Source: Callorhinchus milii (taxonomy: Eukaryota). From it: 64,000 nt of DNA. Under the pieces are notes generated by a model. It saw only the letters and a program-made list of their open reading frames with translations, was not told the DNA's origin and did no database searches. Made by a program: the position numbers and the translations under genes. The stretch lies in the NCBI RefSeq assembly GCF_018977255.1, contig NW_024704742.1:75828001-75892000 (forward strand). Direction: 5' to 3'. Shown here one piece after another: positions 37,804-51,497 of the stretch (positions are counted from its first letter, which is position 1; each line of letters opens with the position of its first letter).

Positions 37804-38170
37804 GGAGTCTTGTAGCTCAGTGGTTAGAGCACTAGCCTCACAAGCAAGATACCTGGGTTCGATTCCCGGCAGGACGAAACATTGGGCAAGTTTCCTTACT
37901 CACCACACCTCTGTTTACCTAACAGTAAGTAGGAACCCGGTGGTTAGTCGATTAGTGGATCGCTTTTCCGGAGGTAATAATTCCTTAAAAAATAAATTGG
38001 TCACTCAATCCACGACTATTTGTGGGACACTGCTGTGTGCAACTGGCTGCCGTGTTTCGCCCACAAAATATACAATCAATTCACTTTACAGTATATTCGG
38101 TAAAGTGCTTTGAGCCATCTCGAAGACGTGATAAGGCACTATATCAAATGCAAGGATTATTATATTATAT
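37804..38170 (+). mobile_element. tRNA-SINE, long form (also ~40905-41252 -, 62595-63009 -, partial 5400-5650 - and 58930-59145 -)
   Basis: Same head and core plus ~65-nt segment ctctgtttacctaacagtaagtaggaacccgg...gatcgcttttccgg. Confidence 0.88.
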
Positions 38171-39978
38171 AAAATCCAAGGATTTTTATTATTATTAGCA
38201 TGATTTGTAGATATTGAGGCTGAAATTCCACTTGGGGCTAGATTTTTAGGGGTATTGTAGAACATGCAAATTTTGGAAAATCCTTCAAATTAATCTTAAT
38301 TTTGAAGCCAATTTTGTTATTCAATTTTCTTCAAAATTAAGATTGAGTAAGAACTCATTAAAGTTCTTGAAGGGGTTCATGGGATATGGGAATAAGGTAG
38401 GGAAGGGGTATTGAATAGACCAAACTTGCTCTGAGAGCCATTGCAGACTTGATGGGCTGAATGAGCTCCTTCTGCACTGTAAATTTCTATGATTCTACGA
38501 ACCTTTCACAGCATATACACACTGACATTGTTAGAAAAAGGGAGTCAGTTGTTCTCCCCCACTGTTCTCCAAACTTGGTAGAATTTATTCTATCACCAAA
38601 ATAATTGAAGGAGGAAAGTCACTCAGTTGCTTGAGAGAGATTACACTCAGTGGGGGCGCAATGACAAGGCACTTTACTCTGTGACAATGATATACAGCAG
38701 GGATTCCATGTAACCATGACAGCACATGCAAGAAGGGTAGTGGGGGGATTTAATTCAACTACAGACTAATCCGATAGGATGAAAGCCTCGCATCTCTCCT
38801 GCCTGTTTTGTGGAAGATTTAATGTTGGAACTCGGTTTCTAGTGGGTGCGAAAGCAGTGCAGAACCACCCATAATTGATAAACTCATCATAGAGGCCACA
38901 AGAGAGAACAGGGAATACAGACGTGTGCAGTGGTGGGCTCTGTGCAGGCTGGTTGCTCAGTGCTTTAATTGGTGGAGAAATTCTCACTGGGACAACACTC
39001 AATAAAACACGCAGAGACTTTACAATAAGTCATTTTGGAGTGAAATTTGCATTTTGTGTGTGAATGAGCCAAAGGAGAACCTCACTCACCCCACCTCCTC
39101 CCTCCAACATTGTTCTTAATGATTAACTGGGTCTACAGTGTTGGACTTGCAGATTGAAGCCACTGACTGCAGGTTAACAAGACACCATCTTTTTGTGTTC
39201 GTGTTTTAGCAAAAACTTGTTATTTGTTTAACCGTGTGTCAGATTGGCTCAAGTGGTATCACTCTTGTCACTGAGTCAGAAGGTTGTGGGTTGTGGTACC
39301 CCCAACTTGGGTCCGAAACCCTGATTGTCCAGCACCTTGGGACGTTCCACCGATGTAAAAGGCACTATACAAATGTAATTTTTGTTGTTGCTTTTGTTGT
39401 TCAAGCCCCACATCATGATTTCGAATCATTTTGTCTAGGCTGACATTCTAATGCAGTGCTCGGGGTATACTGCATTTTTGGAGGAGTGTCTTCAGAGGAG
39501 ACATTAACCCGAAGTCTCGTCTGTCTGTTCAGGTGGATGTTAAAGATCCCATGGCACTATTCAAAAAGAGGCATTTCTCCTGGTGTCCTGGCCAACAAAT
39601 CCCCCAAATAAAATTGGTCACTCACTTCATGGCTGTTTATGGGACATTGCTGAGTGCAAATTGGCTAACACGTTCGCCATGCTTTTGGACATGTGTGAAT
39701 ACATTCGGTATTCTGAAGGAACTGGGTGTAGCTAAAATAGGTCCAGGGTCTACAACAGGAGAACTGTGTAGGCAAGAGATTTAACAGGACCAAACCACAC
39801 TGCTGTTAAGTGCTCTGAGCGATGCTTGTGTGCAGGGTGCTAAATAAATGCAATTTGTGTTGTTTTTATGAATCAGGCAGTGTCAATGAGTGGAGCTGAG
39901 GGGTACAAATCTACCAGGTCTGATCCCATAGTCATAGGCTTCGAGCATGTGGGGACATCTGCAATACCATCCTAATTG

Positions 39979-40285
39979 GAGTCCTGTAGCTTCTGTAGCT
40001 GAGTGGTTAGAGCTTTCGCCTCACAACAAGACCTGGGTTTGATTCCCAGCAGGGTGAAATCTTGGGCAAGTTTCCTTACTCCACACGCCTGATAATAATC
40101 CCTCAAGAAAAAGAACAATAATAATTTGGTCACTTCAATCCACGACTGTTTGTGGGACACTGCTGTATGTAATGGCTGCTGCGTTTCGCCCATAAATATA
40201 CAGTCAATTCACTTTACAGTATATTCTGTGAAGCGCTTTGAGAAGATGTGAAAAGCGCTATATCAAATGCAAGGATTATTATTAA
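39979..40285 (+). mobile_element. tRNA-SINE, short form
   Basis: Same head, core and tail. Confidence 0.88.
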
Positions 40286-42103
40286 TTCCACATGCTACTG
40301 ACGAAAGTAGGTGGAAGCAGAAGAGTTACTATACTAGTTGTAGTGGGCTGATTCGGGGCTTGTAATCAAGGATCCTGTAATGGCTAGATTTATTCAACTG
40401 CTATGGATTAGTGGATGGTTAGAATCCCCCCAACCCACCACCCCCTGCCAATTCATCAGGGTTCAGGATCCCTGTAACCTGTGCTCACTCCGATGCAGAG
40501 CGGAGTGTTGCACAGTAATTCTCCAACAAACTACTGCAAACGTCAGTGCAAGCAGCTTGTCTATAACACAGCAGAAAAACACCCAAGCACTGACACTTTA
40601 AATAGACTGAAATACGCCACTGGGGAAGAGCAGCAAATGGAAAAGCAGCTGCTGACAACTGATCCATTAACAAGCTGAATCCACCTTGTGCAAGTCACAT
40701 CGACTCATGTATTACAAGGTGAAAAATAAGGAGTTCAAAATATTAGTGCTTACACCCACTTCTCCGTTGTATTAAACACCCTGAACAAGAGTACCTAATT
40801 TTAAAAGCAAACCCGAAACTGCCCCATGGTCTGCAGTAAATTGACAGTGGGTAGAGTCTGCGATTCTATGGTGTGTAGGGTGGTGATTTTATTTAGAGAT
40901 GATAATAATATTAATCTTTGCATTTGATATAGTGCATTAACACGTCTTCGAGAGGTCTCAAAGCGCTTCATAGAATATGCTGTACAGTGAATTGACTGTA
41001 TATTTTCTGGGCGAAATTTGGTGGCCAATTGCGCAAACAGTCATAGATTGAAATGACCAATTTATTGTTATTTTTTCTTGAAGGAATTATTACCCCCGGA
41101 AAAGCGATCCGCCAATTGACTAACAACCAGGTTCCTACTTACTGCTCGGTAAACAGAGGCGTTTGGAGTAAGGAAACTTACCTAACGTTTCGCCCTGCTG
41201 GGTATTGAACCCAGGTCTTTCGCTTGTGAGGCGAGTGCTCTAACCACTGAGACACGATCTACAGTACTCTGAAATGATGGGCAGAACAGCTGGACAAGCC
41301 AAACATTGCATGGGCTAATCATTGCAGTAACCCTGGAGGTGTTTGTGCCACTAAAATTGTAACTGGAGGTGTTTGTGCTACTGAGATGATATTATTCCCC
41401 AAGATCTCTAAGCAGGCTGGACATAGACATCACTAGACTGTGACACTGTGCTCTCTTGGAATTATTTGTTGTTACTCCTTCATTTATCTTGGTCCCAGTC
41501 ACAGTCTTCTCAAATTGGCCTTCCACCCAGTCTTCTCCCCAACTTTGGCCCATTCCATCACCTTCCAAGGCCATTATTATGACTCATCTTCAGCCAACTG
41601 GCATAATAACAATCTTGCCCACAAATAATTCACTTTATGGCTGTTTGTAGGACAGTGGTGCACAGATAGTATTGTGAAGACTGCTCCGGCTCCATAGCCT
41701 GGGAAAAGGCTGAGAGCTCACGGAAATGAGTCGCAGTCACTGTTAGGGAGGTATTTTGGGACATATGTGCATGCGATTGCCAGGAAGGTGGAAGGCAAAC
41801 TAGATGGACCTTGTTTTTTTTTGTCTAGCATTTCTTACGTTCTTGCTAACCACTTAATTTGCAGCCTTCCTCAATTGAAGAGTGTTGCATGGTCTGGCCA
41901 CATTAATTGAATCCAAAACATCTGCCCAAATACGCACACATACACACACAGTAATTTAGTCTGCTATTTCTGTGCAATGTATCAGGCTGTATTTCCACAG
42001 CACCCGCAGCCCAGAACTAGAACAATTCATTATTCCCCAATAATACAGACCCCAGATCACATTTAATGCCTGTTTACCATTCACATGCAGATATAGCTCA
42101 ATA

Positions 42104-42418
42104 TGTAGCTCAGTGGTTAGAGCACGTGCCTTGCAAGCGAGACACCTGGGTTCAATTCCAGGCAGGGCGAAGCCTTGGGCAAGTTTCCTTACTCCACACT
42201 CCTAATAATAATCCCTCCAAAAACAAAAACAATAATAAATTGGTCATTTCAATCCACGAATGTTTGTGGGACACTTCTGTGTGCAATTGGCTACCGCGTT
42301 TTGCCCACAAATATACGGTCAATTCATTTTACAGTCTATTCTGTGAAGCGCTTTGAGACATCGAGAAGACGTGAAAAGCGCTAAATCAAATGCAAGGATT
42401 ATTATTATTATTATTATA
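42104..42418 (+). mobile_element. tRNA-SINE, short form
   Basis: Same head, core and tail. Confidence 0.9.
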
Positions 42419-43382
42419 ACACAGTAAAAACATAGAGAAAACAAATGCCTAGAGAAAAAGTAATCATCCATTGTTACGTGGAAACTCGCACACGCCCACT
42501 GTTCCATTACTGTAATAGAGAATCAAACCTATGGTGATCATAATGAAAGGTAGTGTTATGCAACATTGGACAATCTTAGGATGCTTCCCTCCAAGCAGAG
42601 AGTGCGCATTCCATTCCAGAGATACAAATGTAGGTGACATACATGTGTAGAATTCTCCATCTGGTTTGAATATTTGCAAGCATGGTGATGAGTTTCTGCG
42701 TGTGTCAGACACTTAGCTGATCAAAAAACAATATTCTGATGAATTAAAATTCCCAGTAAAGTGATTCTCCTATAATACATCTTTGAAATCAATTATGATT
42801 TGCCTTTTCCCTCCCACCTGCCCTCCTCCCCCACCCTTCATCTGTGGTCATTAGCAGACTTGTGTTACTGGTCTCAACCCACAGTCCATCCTGTGGTTGG
42901 TTCCGACAGAGTTGGGATACAGTGCCGTGACCTGTGCTTTTCCTGCTCTCCAGAAAAAGAGGCAATGATGTGAGGGGCAAAGATAGCCAACCTCTGTGCA
43001 GTAGCTGAACACTTTCAATTAACAACAGGGCCTAGCTCCATAGACGATCAACAACAGCAACTTGCATTTATACAACACCCTTCACATGGGGAAGCGTCTC
43101 GGAGTGAAACAGAGCGAGATCAGTCCTGTAAGCTCCACCCTCTTCTTGAGGTATTTGTTTACCCAGAGGGTAATTGACTGGAACAGGTTGACAGAAAGGA
43201 TGGTTGATACCAACACACTGGATTCATTTAAAAAGCAGCTTGAAGCTGTAATGTAAGAATGGTAGGGTGGGTAGAAAAATGAGATCAAATGGGCCTAAGG
43301 GCCTTCTCCATCTAATCTGACTGTGATCTTGCAATTTTGTGGGAGCTGCATCTCTCTTATCTGGCATCAGGACTCTGCCATC

Positions 43383-43703
43383 AATAATAATAATAATCCT
43401 TGCATTTGATATAGCGCTTTTCACGTTGGGAGAATGTCCCAAAGCGCTTCACAGAACACACTGTAAAGTGAATTAACTGTATATTTGTGGGCGAACGCGG
43501 CAGCCAATTGCGCACAGCAATGTCCCACAAACAGTCGTAGATTGAAAATGACCAATTTATTATTGTTTTTGGTTTTGGAGGGATTATTATTAATAGGCGT
43601 GTGGAGTCAGGACACTTGCCCAAGGTTTCGCCCTGTGCCTGGAACTGAACCCAGGTCTCTGACTTGCAAAGCGAGTGCTCTAACCACTGAGCTACAGGAC
43701 TCC
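43383..43703 (-). mobile_element. Young tRNA-SINE, short form
   Basis: Near-identical to 6010-6335. Confidence 0.92.
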
Positions 43704-44374
43704 ACAATGCAGGTCCTATTACTCAGCAGGTTGGAGCATTGAGACCAACAGTACAGGGAGTCATGGTTAGAACCCAGAGAAGATGGTAAATAACTAATAC
43801 TGCCTTTGGTACTGTATTTCAAGATCAGCCACCGTTTCCTTCTGAAGAGTCATCTAACTAGTTATACAAGAACATTCTAAATGGATAATATTTGTATTGG
43901 AATGTTGTTCCATTGAAGCTTTCTCTTCCTCATGTCTACTCTCATTGTACTTAACCATAACTGAGACACACTGAATAATGGTGCATTGGCCATGACTGCC
44001 AGGAAAATGAACATCACATCACAGGAAGAAGCCATTCGGTCCATCATGCCTGTGTTGGCTCTCTGAAAGAGACATCCGTTTAGTCCCATTCACCTATCCC
44101 TCCTATGCCCAATACAGGAATCTCAAGTGCTTTAGGATAGGAAGGTCCACTGGTGGCGCTCAGGCCTGTTTTATCTGCCCCCTCCCCCCCCCCCCACTTC
44201 CCTCCATTTTATCTGGCCCACACGCTCCCTCTATAACCATTATGTTTCTGGAAGTGAAACAAAAAAATATTGCTTATGCAGCCTGCAGACGTTTCTCAAA
44301 TACGGCATCCAGCCCTCAGAAAAGGTTGGGCCACCCTGCTTGAGGACATTATCCCAACATGAAAGTGCTGTATA

Positions 44375-45330
44375 CAACAACAATAACTTGGATTTATATA
44401 GTGCCCTCCACGCCGGACGCCGTCTCAAAGCACTTTACATTAATAGATCCTGGGATCAAGCCAGGGGGAGGGGGAGGAAGGTGACTAAAGGCGCGGTGGA
44501 AAAGAAAGGTCTTCAGCAGAGACCTGAAATTGGGAAGTGAGGGAGTGAGGTGGAGGGAGTGAGGAAGGCAGTTCCAGAGCCTCGGGGCATAGTGGCTGAA
44601 GGCACGGCCGCCGAGGGTGGAGCGGAGGACTTGGGGGACAAGGAGGAGACCAGACCCAGAGGAACGAAGGCAACAGGTACTGTTTTGAGGAGAGAGGAGG
44701 TCAGAGAGGTAGGGGGGTGCAGAGGAGTGGAGGGATTTGAATACAAGGGTCACGATCTTGAAGTCGATCCTCTCTGGGACAGGCAGCCAGTGCAGTCTGG
44801 TAAGGACTGGGGTGACGGGGAGTGGAGTTTTGTCCGGGTGAGAATGCGGGCGGCAGAGTTTTGAATGATTTGGATTTTATGCATGGTAGTGGATGGGAGC
44901 CCAGTGAGGAGAGCGTTAGAGTAGTCCAGCCGAGAGGTGACAAAGGCATGGACCAGGGTTTCAGCGGCATTTGGGGAGAGGTATTGGCGGAGACGGCCGA
45001 TGGGTCAGAGGTGGAAGAAAGTAGTGCTGGTGAGGGACCGGATGTGGGGGAGGAAGGATAATTGGCGGTCGAACCTGACCCTAGGTTGCGTACGGGTTCG
45101 GAGAGTTTTAGGAGGAGGTCGGGTAGGTGGAGGAGTGAGATTTTAGACGTTGACAAGAGCCAAAGAGTATGGCTTTCGTCTTGTCAACGTTCAGCTGAAG
45201 GAAATTTGCACTCATCCAGCCCCTGAGATTTCACAGGCAGGCTGACAGAACATCAGGGGGCTGGGCGTCGCAGAGAGAGGTGGAAAAATAGAGTTGGGTG
45301 TCGTCTGCATCCATGTGGCAGTGTACCCCA
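44375..45330 (-). mobile_element. L2 LINE 3' fragment, different subfamily
   Basis: [12 protein letters not shown] segment, LGGRAFSHYAPRLWN, FRSLLKTFLF; (ttg)n tail. Confidence 0.9.
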
Positions 45331-48164
45331 CACTTCTATATAAATAGAAACTGTATTGTACCGGGCTATATTTTAATATAAAAGTCCTGCACAACACAAA
45401 TTTGTCAGTATGTTATCATACTTGTTGCCACGTCAGAATAAATACTTCTTGTTTACAATGAACAGTGAAGCCTGATCGCTTCTGTCATGCCAAGCTGACT
45501 TCCAGTTTGTAAAGGTGTTCCAGGACCTATCAGCATTGATCATGCACCTTTGTTGCACCCTCGAGGAATGTCACCATATAATGTCAAAATAAGCCAGCAT
45601 TATGCAAATATCCTCCCAGGGCTCATTTTGTTTCATAGTCCTGAGAAGCTTCGTCACATTAACAAATACATGCAAACTAAATTCACACAAAACATTGTAG
45701 AGCCTCCCACTTGTAGTTATCAATGATCTACAATATGTCACTGAAGGAAAATTCTAGTTGTAATAATTTACCTGCTATATGGGATTTATTGGATTTGCTG
45801 TATCATAGAATCAGACGAATGTTAAGGCACAGAAACAAGCCATTTAGCCCATCAATTCTGCACTGTTTATCTTCCCATAGGAAATATGTTCCTAGCTATG
45901 AGTGGAATGAAATCTGCTGTGCCATTTTCTGCCAGTTATAAGGTCATTGCCAAGGAAAAAAAAGTTTCTAACAGTGGTAAAAGTAGTGGAAATGTAAGTT
46001 ATTGCTGACACAATGATTGTACCCAGTCTCTCATTTATTCCACTGTGCTGATTGTAATAACATAGTTAGCACACTATGGGCATGTTCAGAACATTACTAA
46101 CCTGGGTCAGTTTATTATTAAAAAGAATGTCAAGCAATTGGAATTTAAGAAACATTAAAATGGGCAAGCCATGAGGTTCCCTATCTGTAAAGTGCTCTGA
46201 GACGTTATCCACTACGTAAAGGCTGCTATATAAATACAAGTTGTTGTTACGGAACAGTCTGTAGTTGGACACAAACCCTATCAAATAACACTGATTCCAT
46301 GTGTTTGCATTATAATAACGATGCCTTTTTTTTTCTCAGTTCATTACTAACAAAGCAGGAAGTGATAAAGAGTATCTTGGTTGGTAACAAGCAGATGGCA
46401 ACCAGCAAAAAGGTGCAGCTGGTTACCACCTGTGGCTGTACAAAGCTCGACTCGTACAATGTACAGACAAGAATCAGATATGGTACCACTCACTGGACAC
46501 AGATACTGCATAACAATGGGTGAATACTATAATGTGTTTTTACAGATTCTTAACGGTTAAGGAATGTCACAATGTTTTCACCCCAAAGTCTTCTATGTGA
46601 ACATTCAACAATTTGCATTTATGAAAGCGCCTTTCACATATAGTAACGTCTCAAAGTGCAGTACAGAGATGGAGTAGAAATTCGAGCAAGCTGGGAAATA
46701 GAGGGTAAGTGGGAGGGAATTCATCTAAGGTGTGGTGGAAGAAGTAGGTTTTTAGAAGGGTTTGGAAAACAGGAGGTGGGGGAAGGGGGAAGAGGGAGAG
46801 AGATTGATGGATTTGGAGGAAAGAGCTGTAGCGTATGGGGGTAAAGTGGCTGAAAACTCAGCAGTCAATGATTGGAGTGAGGGACATACAGCAGAGTGAG
46901 TAGGGGGTTGACAGAGTAGGCTGGAGGAAATTTCACAGAGTGGGTGGGACAGGGAGTGGAATGCTTTGAAAGGCAGAATGAGAATCCTGAATTACAGAAA
47001 TACCAACACTTGCTTTTAGTAATACCAGCACTTCAGCTTTTAACATCCTCCAAAAATGTATTGAATGCTCTTGGAATAATATAACAGATGGAGTTAGGGC
47101 AAAAGACTGACATTTCTAGTGGACAGTTTTCTAACACTGACTGCTTGTAAAATGTCTTGGTGACTGACAGTAAGTTGTTTCAAGAGACAGAAGGATTGAC
47201 CATTGTGACAGCCCACAATTCACCAGAAGTCACTGTAAAAGGCTCAATAAAAGACCACATTATATTTTGAAAATAACTGATAATAAAAATTATGATCATT
47301 ACATTTGATATAGCACCTTCCACGTCAGAAGGATGTCCCAAAGCACTTCACAGGATATACTGTACAGTGCAGTTACTGTGTATTTTGTGTGGGAATGCAG
47401 CTGCCCAATTATTCACAGCAATGTCCCACAAACAGCCATGGGGTAGTTGACTAATTTTGAATACTCCTCCTGCTTCCCTCTTCGACTGCAGAGAAAAAAA
47501 TAATAATCCTTGCATTTGATTCGCCATTGAGATATCTCAAAGTGCCTGTTAAGTGTAGTGACTGTGTATTTATAGGCAAATGCGAAAGCAAATTGAAATG
47601 ATTTCAGCCATGAAATGATTGGTCAAGCTTATTTAGGGGATTGTTGACCAGGACACTGGGAAGAAACTCTCTTTTCTTTTGAATAGAGCCATGGGATCTG
47701 CAACATCCACCTGAACCGACAGATGGGAACTAGGTTTAATGTCTTATCTGCAGATGATCTGAGACAATCTCACAGTAGTAGAGTATTTGCTTTTATGGTC
47801 TGATGATAGCTATAAATGACTCACACTTTGCTCTTGAAGTCTACAAGCACTTCTGCATTTTACTGCTGTATTTAATCCCTTGTATCCATTATGCTCTTGC
47901 TTAACAAAGCACGGCATTGTGGAAAATTCTTTAATGTAGCCTTAATTCAGAAGCTGGTTTCTTTTTAAGAACTGTAGAAAACTGAATTCCAAATTAAACC
48001 TGAATTGAAGAATTTTCCACAATGCCACATTTTAAGATGAAAAAACCTTACAGACTGAGACTGGGTGGAATTTCGGGCCTACTGCAGGAAAAAGTATGTC
48101 GGATTCATTACCCCATATTCTTTGGTGCTATCACAAGGAATGCGCTTTCACAAGCAGTACAAAA

Positions 48165-48320
48165 ATATAAATACAAAAATTATAATTTCTATTATATTTA
48201 TACTCATAATGCTTATATTTTATATCATATATAATTTATATATTATATGTAATATATTTATATAATATAAATTATATTTAGCAATATAAATTGTATTTAT
48301 AGAATACTATATTTTATTAC
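48165..48320. repeat. AT-rich low-complexity tract
   Basis: Almost only A/T with degenerate (ta)n. Confidence 0.8.
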
Positions 48321-51106
48321 TTCACGGCTGTTTGTGGGACACTGCTGTGCACAATTAACTGCCACGTTTCTCCTACAAAACAGTCAATCCACTTTACAAT
48401 ATATTCTGTGAAGCGCTTTGAGATGTCTCAATGATGTGATAAGGCACTTTATCAATTGCAAGGATTATTATTATTGTTAGTTCTTCCTATTATCACTGGC
48501 ATAAGATTACAATTCAGTCAACAGATACCCACAGCACTGCTTGCCAAAGCCATCGATGGCCCTCCAACACCCATATATTCCCTGCATGGGGCTATATCGA
48601 AGCAGATTCTGTGGAGTGGAATTCACTGATATATCACCATAGAACAGCCAGAATTTGGCAAATTCTTAAATGCATTCTTCACTTTTTCGTTTTTCTGTAA
48701 GTTCTTTAAGAACAGCAGAAAAAACTGTTTAAATTTTCGACATCCTGAAATACTGCATAAAATTTACACCCAGGTAGCATTTCTCCAGTAATTAGTTTAA
48801 AAAAACCCACAAGGAAACTGTCTTGATTTAATGATATTTCTAACTGAGCACAAACAAGAATGGAATTGGCGACCTTCTTCTTTGTGTGACTGAGTTCCAC
48901 ACCAGGCACCAAAACCTTTGTTTTTTTTACTCAACAGAAGACTCCTTAAAATGAACTATTTCACTGCTAAGGAATAGAATGCTCTTGTATTTTGGGCACC
49001 TTTGTGTTCCAGATCAGGAATAACATAGGCTGAATGTAACGTTCCCTTTGCTCTGCTCAACATTGTGACTCAGCCCCAACACCAAGAGAGCAAACTCTAA
49101 CTTTGTAAGTGTCACCACTTCCCACACATGCTTTCCTCGTGATCTCTCAGTGAGTCTTTGTGTTTGGTGCCAAATTGGTGCGAGTTTGTGTGCTATGGGT
49201 CCACGCCCAATAAGAACTGGGTGGTGACTGTCCACAATCACGTCATGTCGGACACTTTACAGACAACAGACAGAGGAGACTCTCAGTCCAATCGATTTGA
49301 ACGCGGGTTTCAGATACAAAATAATATTACGCCACTGAACCGTGACACCCGAGCCACTTGAAGGTGAATTCATGTCAGGTAAAACTGGTTAAAGGATTTG
49401 TATTTTGACAAGTTACGAGGAGGCACTGTCCAATTTTGTAGCCATTCAAAGCTTCCACGAAATCTGTTGCATATAAATCATACCCTGTAGCAGGTTTCTA
49501 AGAGCATTTGCGCAATTGGGACCAATTTGTTTACCCATTAAATACAGTCATTCCACTTTACAGTATATCCTGTGAAATGCTTTGGGACATCTTTCTGATG
49601 TGAAAGACACTACCTTTATAACAAATGCGAGGGTAATTGTTATTCGATACACTGGATGTCATGGGAAGTGCATTCTGTGTTCACCTGCAGGTGCAGCAGT
49701 GATATCAATGTAACAAGTAGAGGGAACTGGAAGGGAAGGGATCACCACTTAATAAAACAGTGTCTATACACCAGTGCACACAGGTGGAAGAGTGAGGAGT
49801 GTCCCTGGCTCTATCCATCCCTGCCTTGCAGTGTATAAGATGGGCATGACAACCCAGCTGCATGAATTCAGGTTATAAATATAGAACATCGTGCATCGCT
49901 CCAAGACCAACTGACTCATGCTGCGAGCACAGAATTTCTGTGTCCGAATGCACTCCAATGAAATAGAGAGGATAGTTACAGAGATGGAATTTGTTTGTGA
50001 TAGACTAGTAAGTTGCTCCAATAAATTAGCAGGGCTAATTTCTATATCTACGCCAGACTTTCACTTTGTACAGGAATTATTTTTTGTTGAATGAATATTT
50101 ATGCCATAAATCAAGAAATATTCAAATCAAGAAAAAGCTGAAAACCCACTACCCAATCGAACACGAACTTACCTAAATTAGTGCGAATGTTTGGGTGGTT
50201 GGGGGTGGGGGGGGCAGGGGGAAGGGTCCTGATTGCCATGGGGCCACTTCTGGTTCACTGACCTAATATCATAATATTGATTGAAATTTTTACCCCTTTA
50301 CCTGCCTGTAAAAGTAAAGAGACTGGTATACGATATTGCTAAGCAATCCAAATAAATAGAGATCTACTGTTTTAAACACAAAAATGGGAATCTTATTAAG
50401 GGAACCTGTCAGAGTTCCCATGAGTCTGTTTTAATTTGGAAACTTCTTCTTAAAAACTGCAGTAAGTCAGCTTCAAAATGAAGAAATGTCCACACGCTGT
50501 TCAATCTTATAGTAGTATTACAGGCTAAGACTAGAGGAAATTTTGGACCTCTGATTGATGCTAACACATGCAAACACAGAATAAAACGCAGAAAAGGGAA
50601 GCGATGTCTCTGGGATGGTTTAAAGGAAGCAAACACTGGCTGATTTTTTCCAAGAACATTGACGTCAGACGCAATGCCCTCAATATTGCCCAGCTCAGCT
50701 CATTTGCCTCACTAGGGATTAAATGTGCGTTTCTGGTCAGTATATACCAAATCACACCTAGTAAAATGTTTACCCACTGAGGCATCGGATGAGCCAAATT
50801 GGAAAGAGGGAGCTGGAGAAAAGCACACACAATCCACTGAAGACGAGATTTTGAAAATACTCATGGACCAAGCTAACATCACTCCTTTTGGTTTGGGAGG
50901 GATCAAGTAAGTTTTCATAACAATCATACTACACTGGGGAAAAAACTCAGAAAAATGGATCTAATCAATAATAATCCTTGCATTTGATATATAGTAGTAC
51001 CTTATCACACTACTGAAATGTCTTAAAGTAGTTTGTAGATTTACTGTAGAGGGTTGTGTAATTGTACTTTGCAAGCAAAGACATAAGACAATTTGTGTAC
51101 ATCAAT

Positions 51107-51497
51107 GATCCTCATCCTCACCTACAAGGCCATTCACGGCCTTGCTCCCTCCTACCTCTCCGACCTACTATCACCCTACCTACCTGTACCCTCCGTTCCT
51201 CTGGCTCCGGTCTGCTCCACATTCCCCGCCCCAACCGCCCTACCATCGATGGCCGGGCCTTCAGCCTCTCAGCTCCTAGGCTCTGGAACTCTATCCCCCA
51301 GTGCCTTCGCCGCCTCCTCCCTTTCCTCCTTCAAGGCCGGTCTCAAGACCTTTCTCTTTGACCGTGCCTTCAGCTCCCCTCTTGACTCTCTAGCCCCTCC
51401 TCGCTCCCTTCCCTCACCCTGACCCAACTGTACAGTCCCTTGGGACGTCCTCCCCACGTGAAAGGCGCTCTATAAATGGAATCTTGTTGTTGTTGTT
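51107..51497 (+). mobile_element. Young L2 3' fragment, near-identical to the 3' end of 29413-31552
   Basis: ILILTYKAIHGLAPSYLS; same 3' UTR and tail aaatggaatcttgttgttg. Confidence 0.93.
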
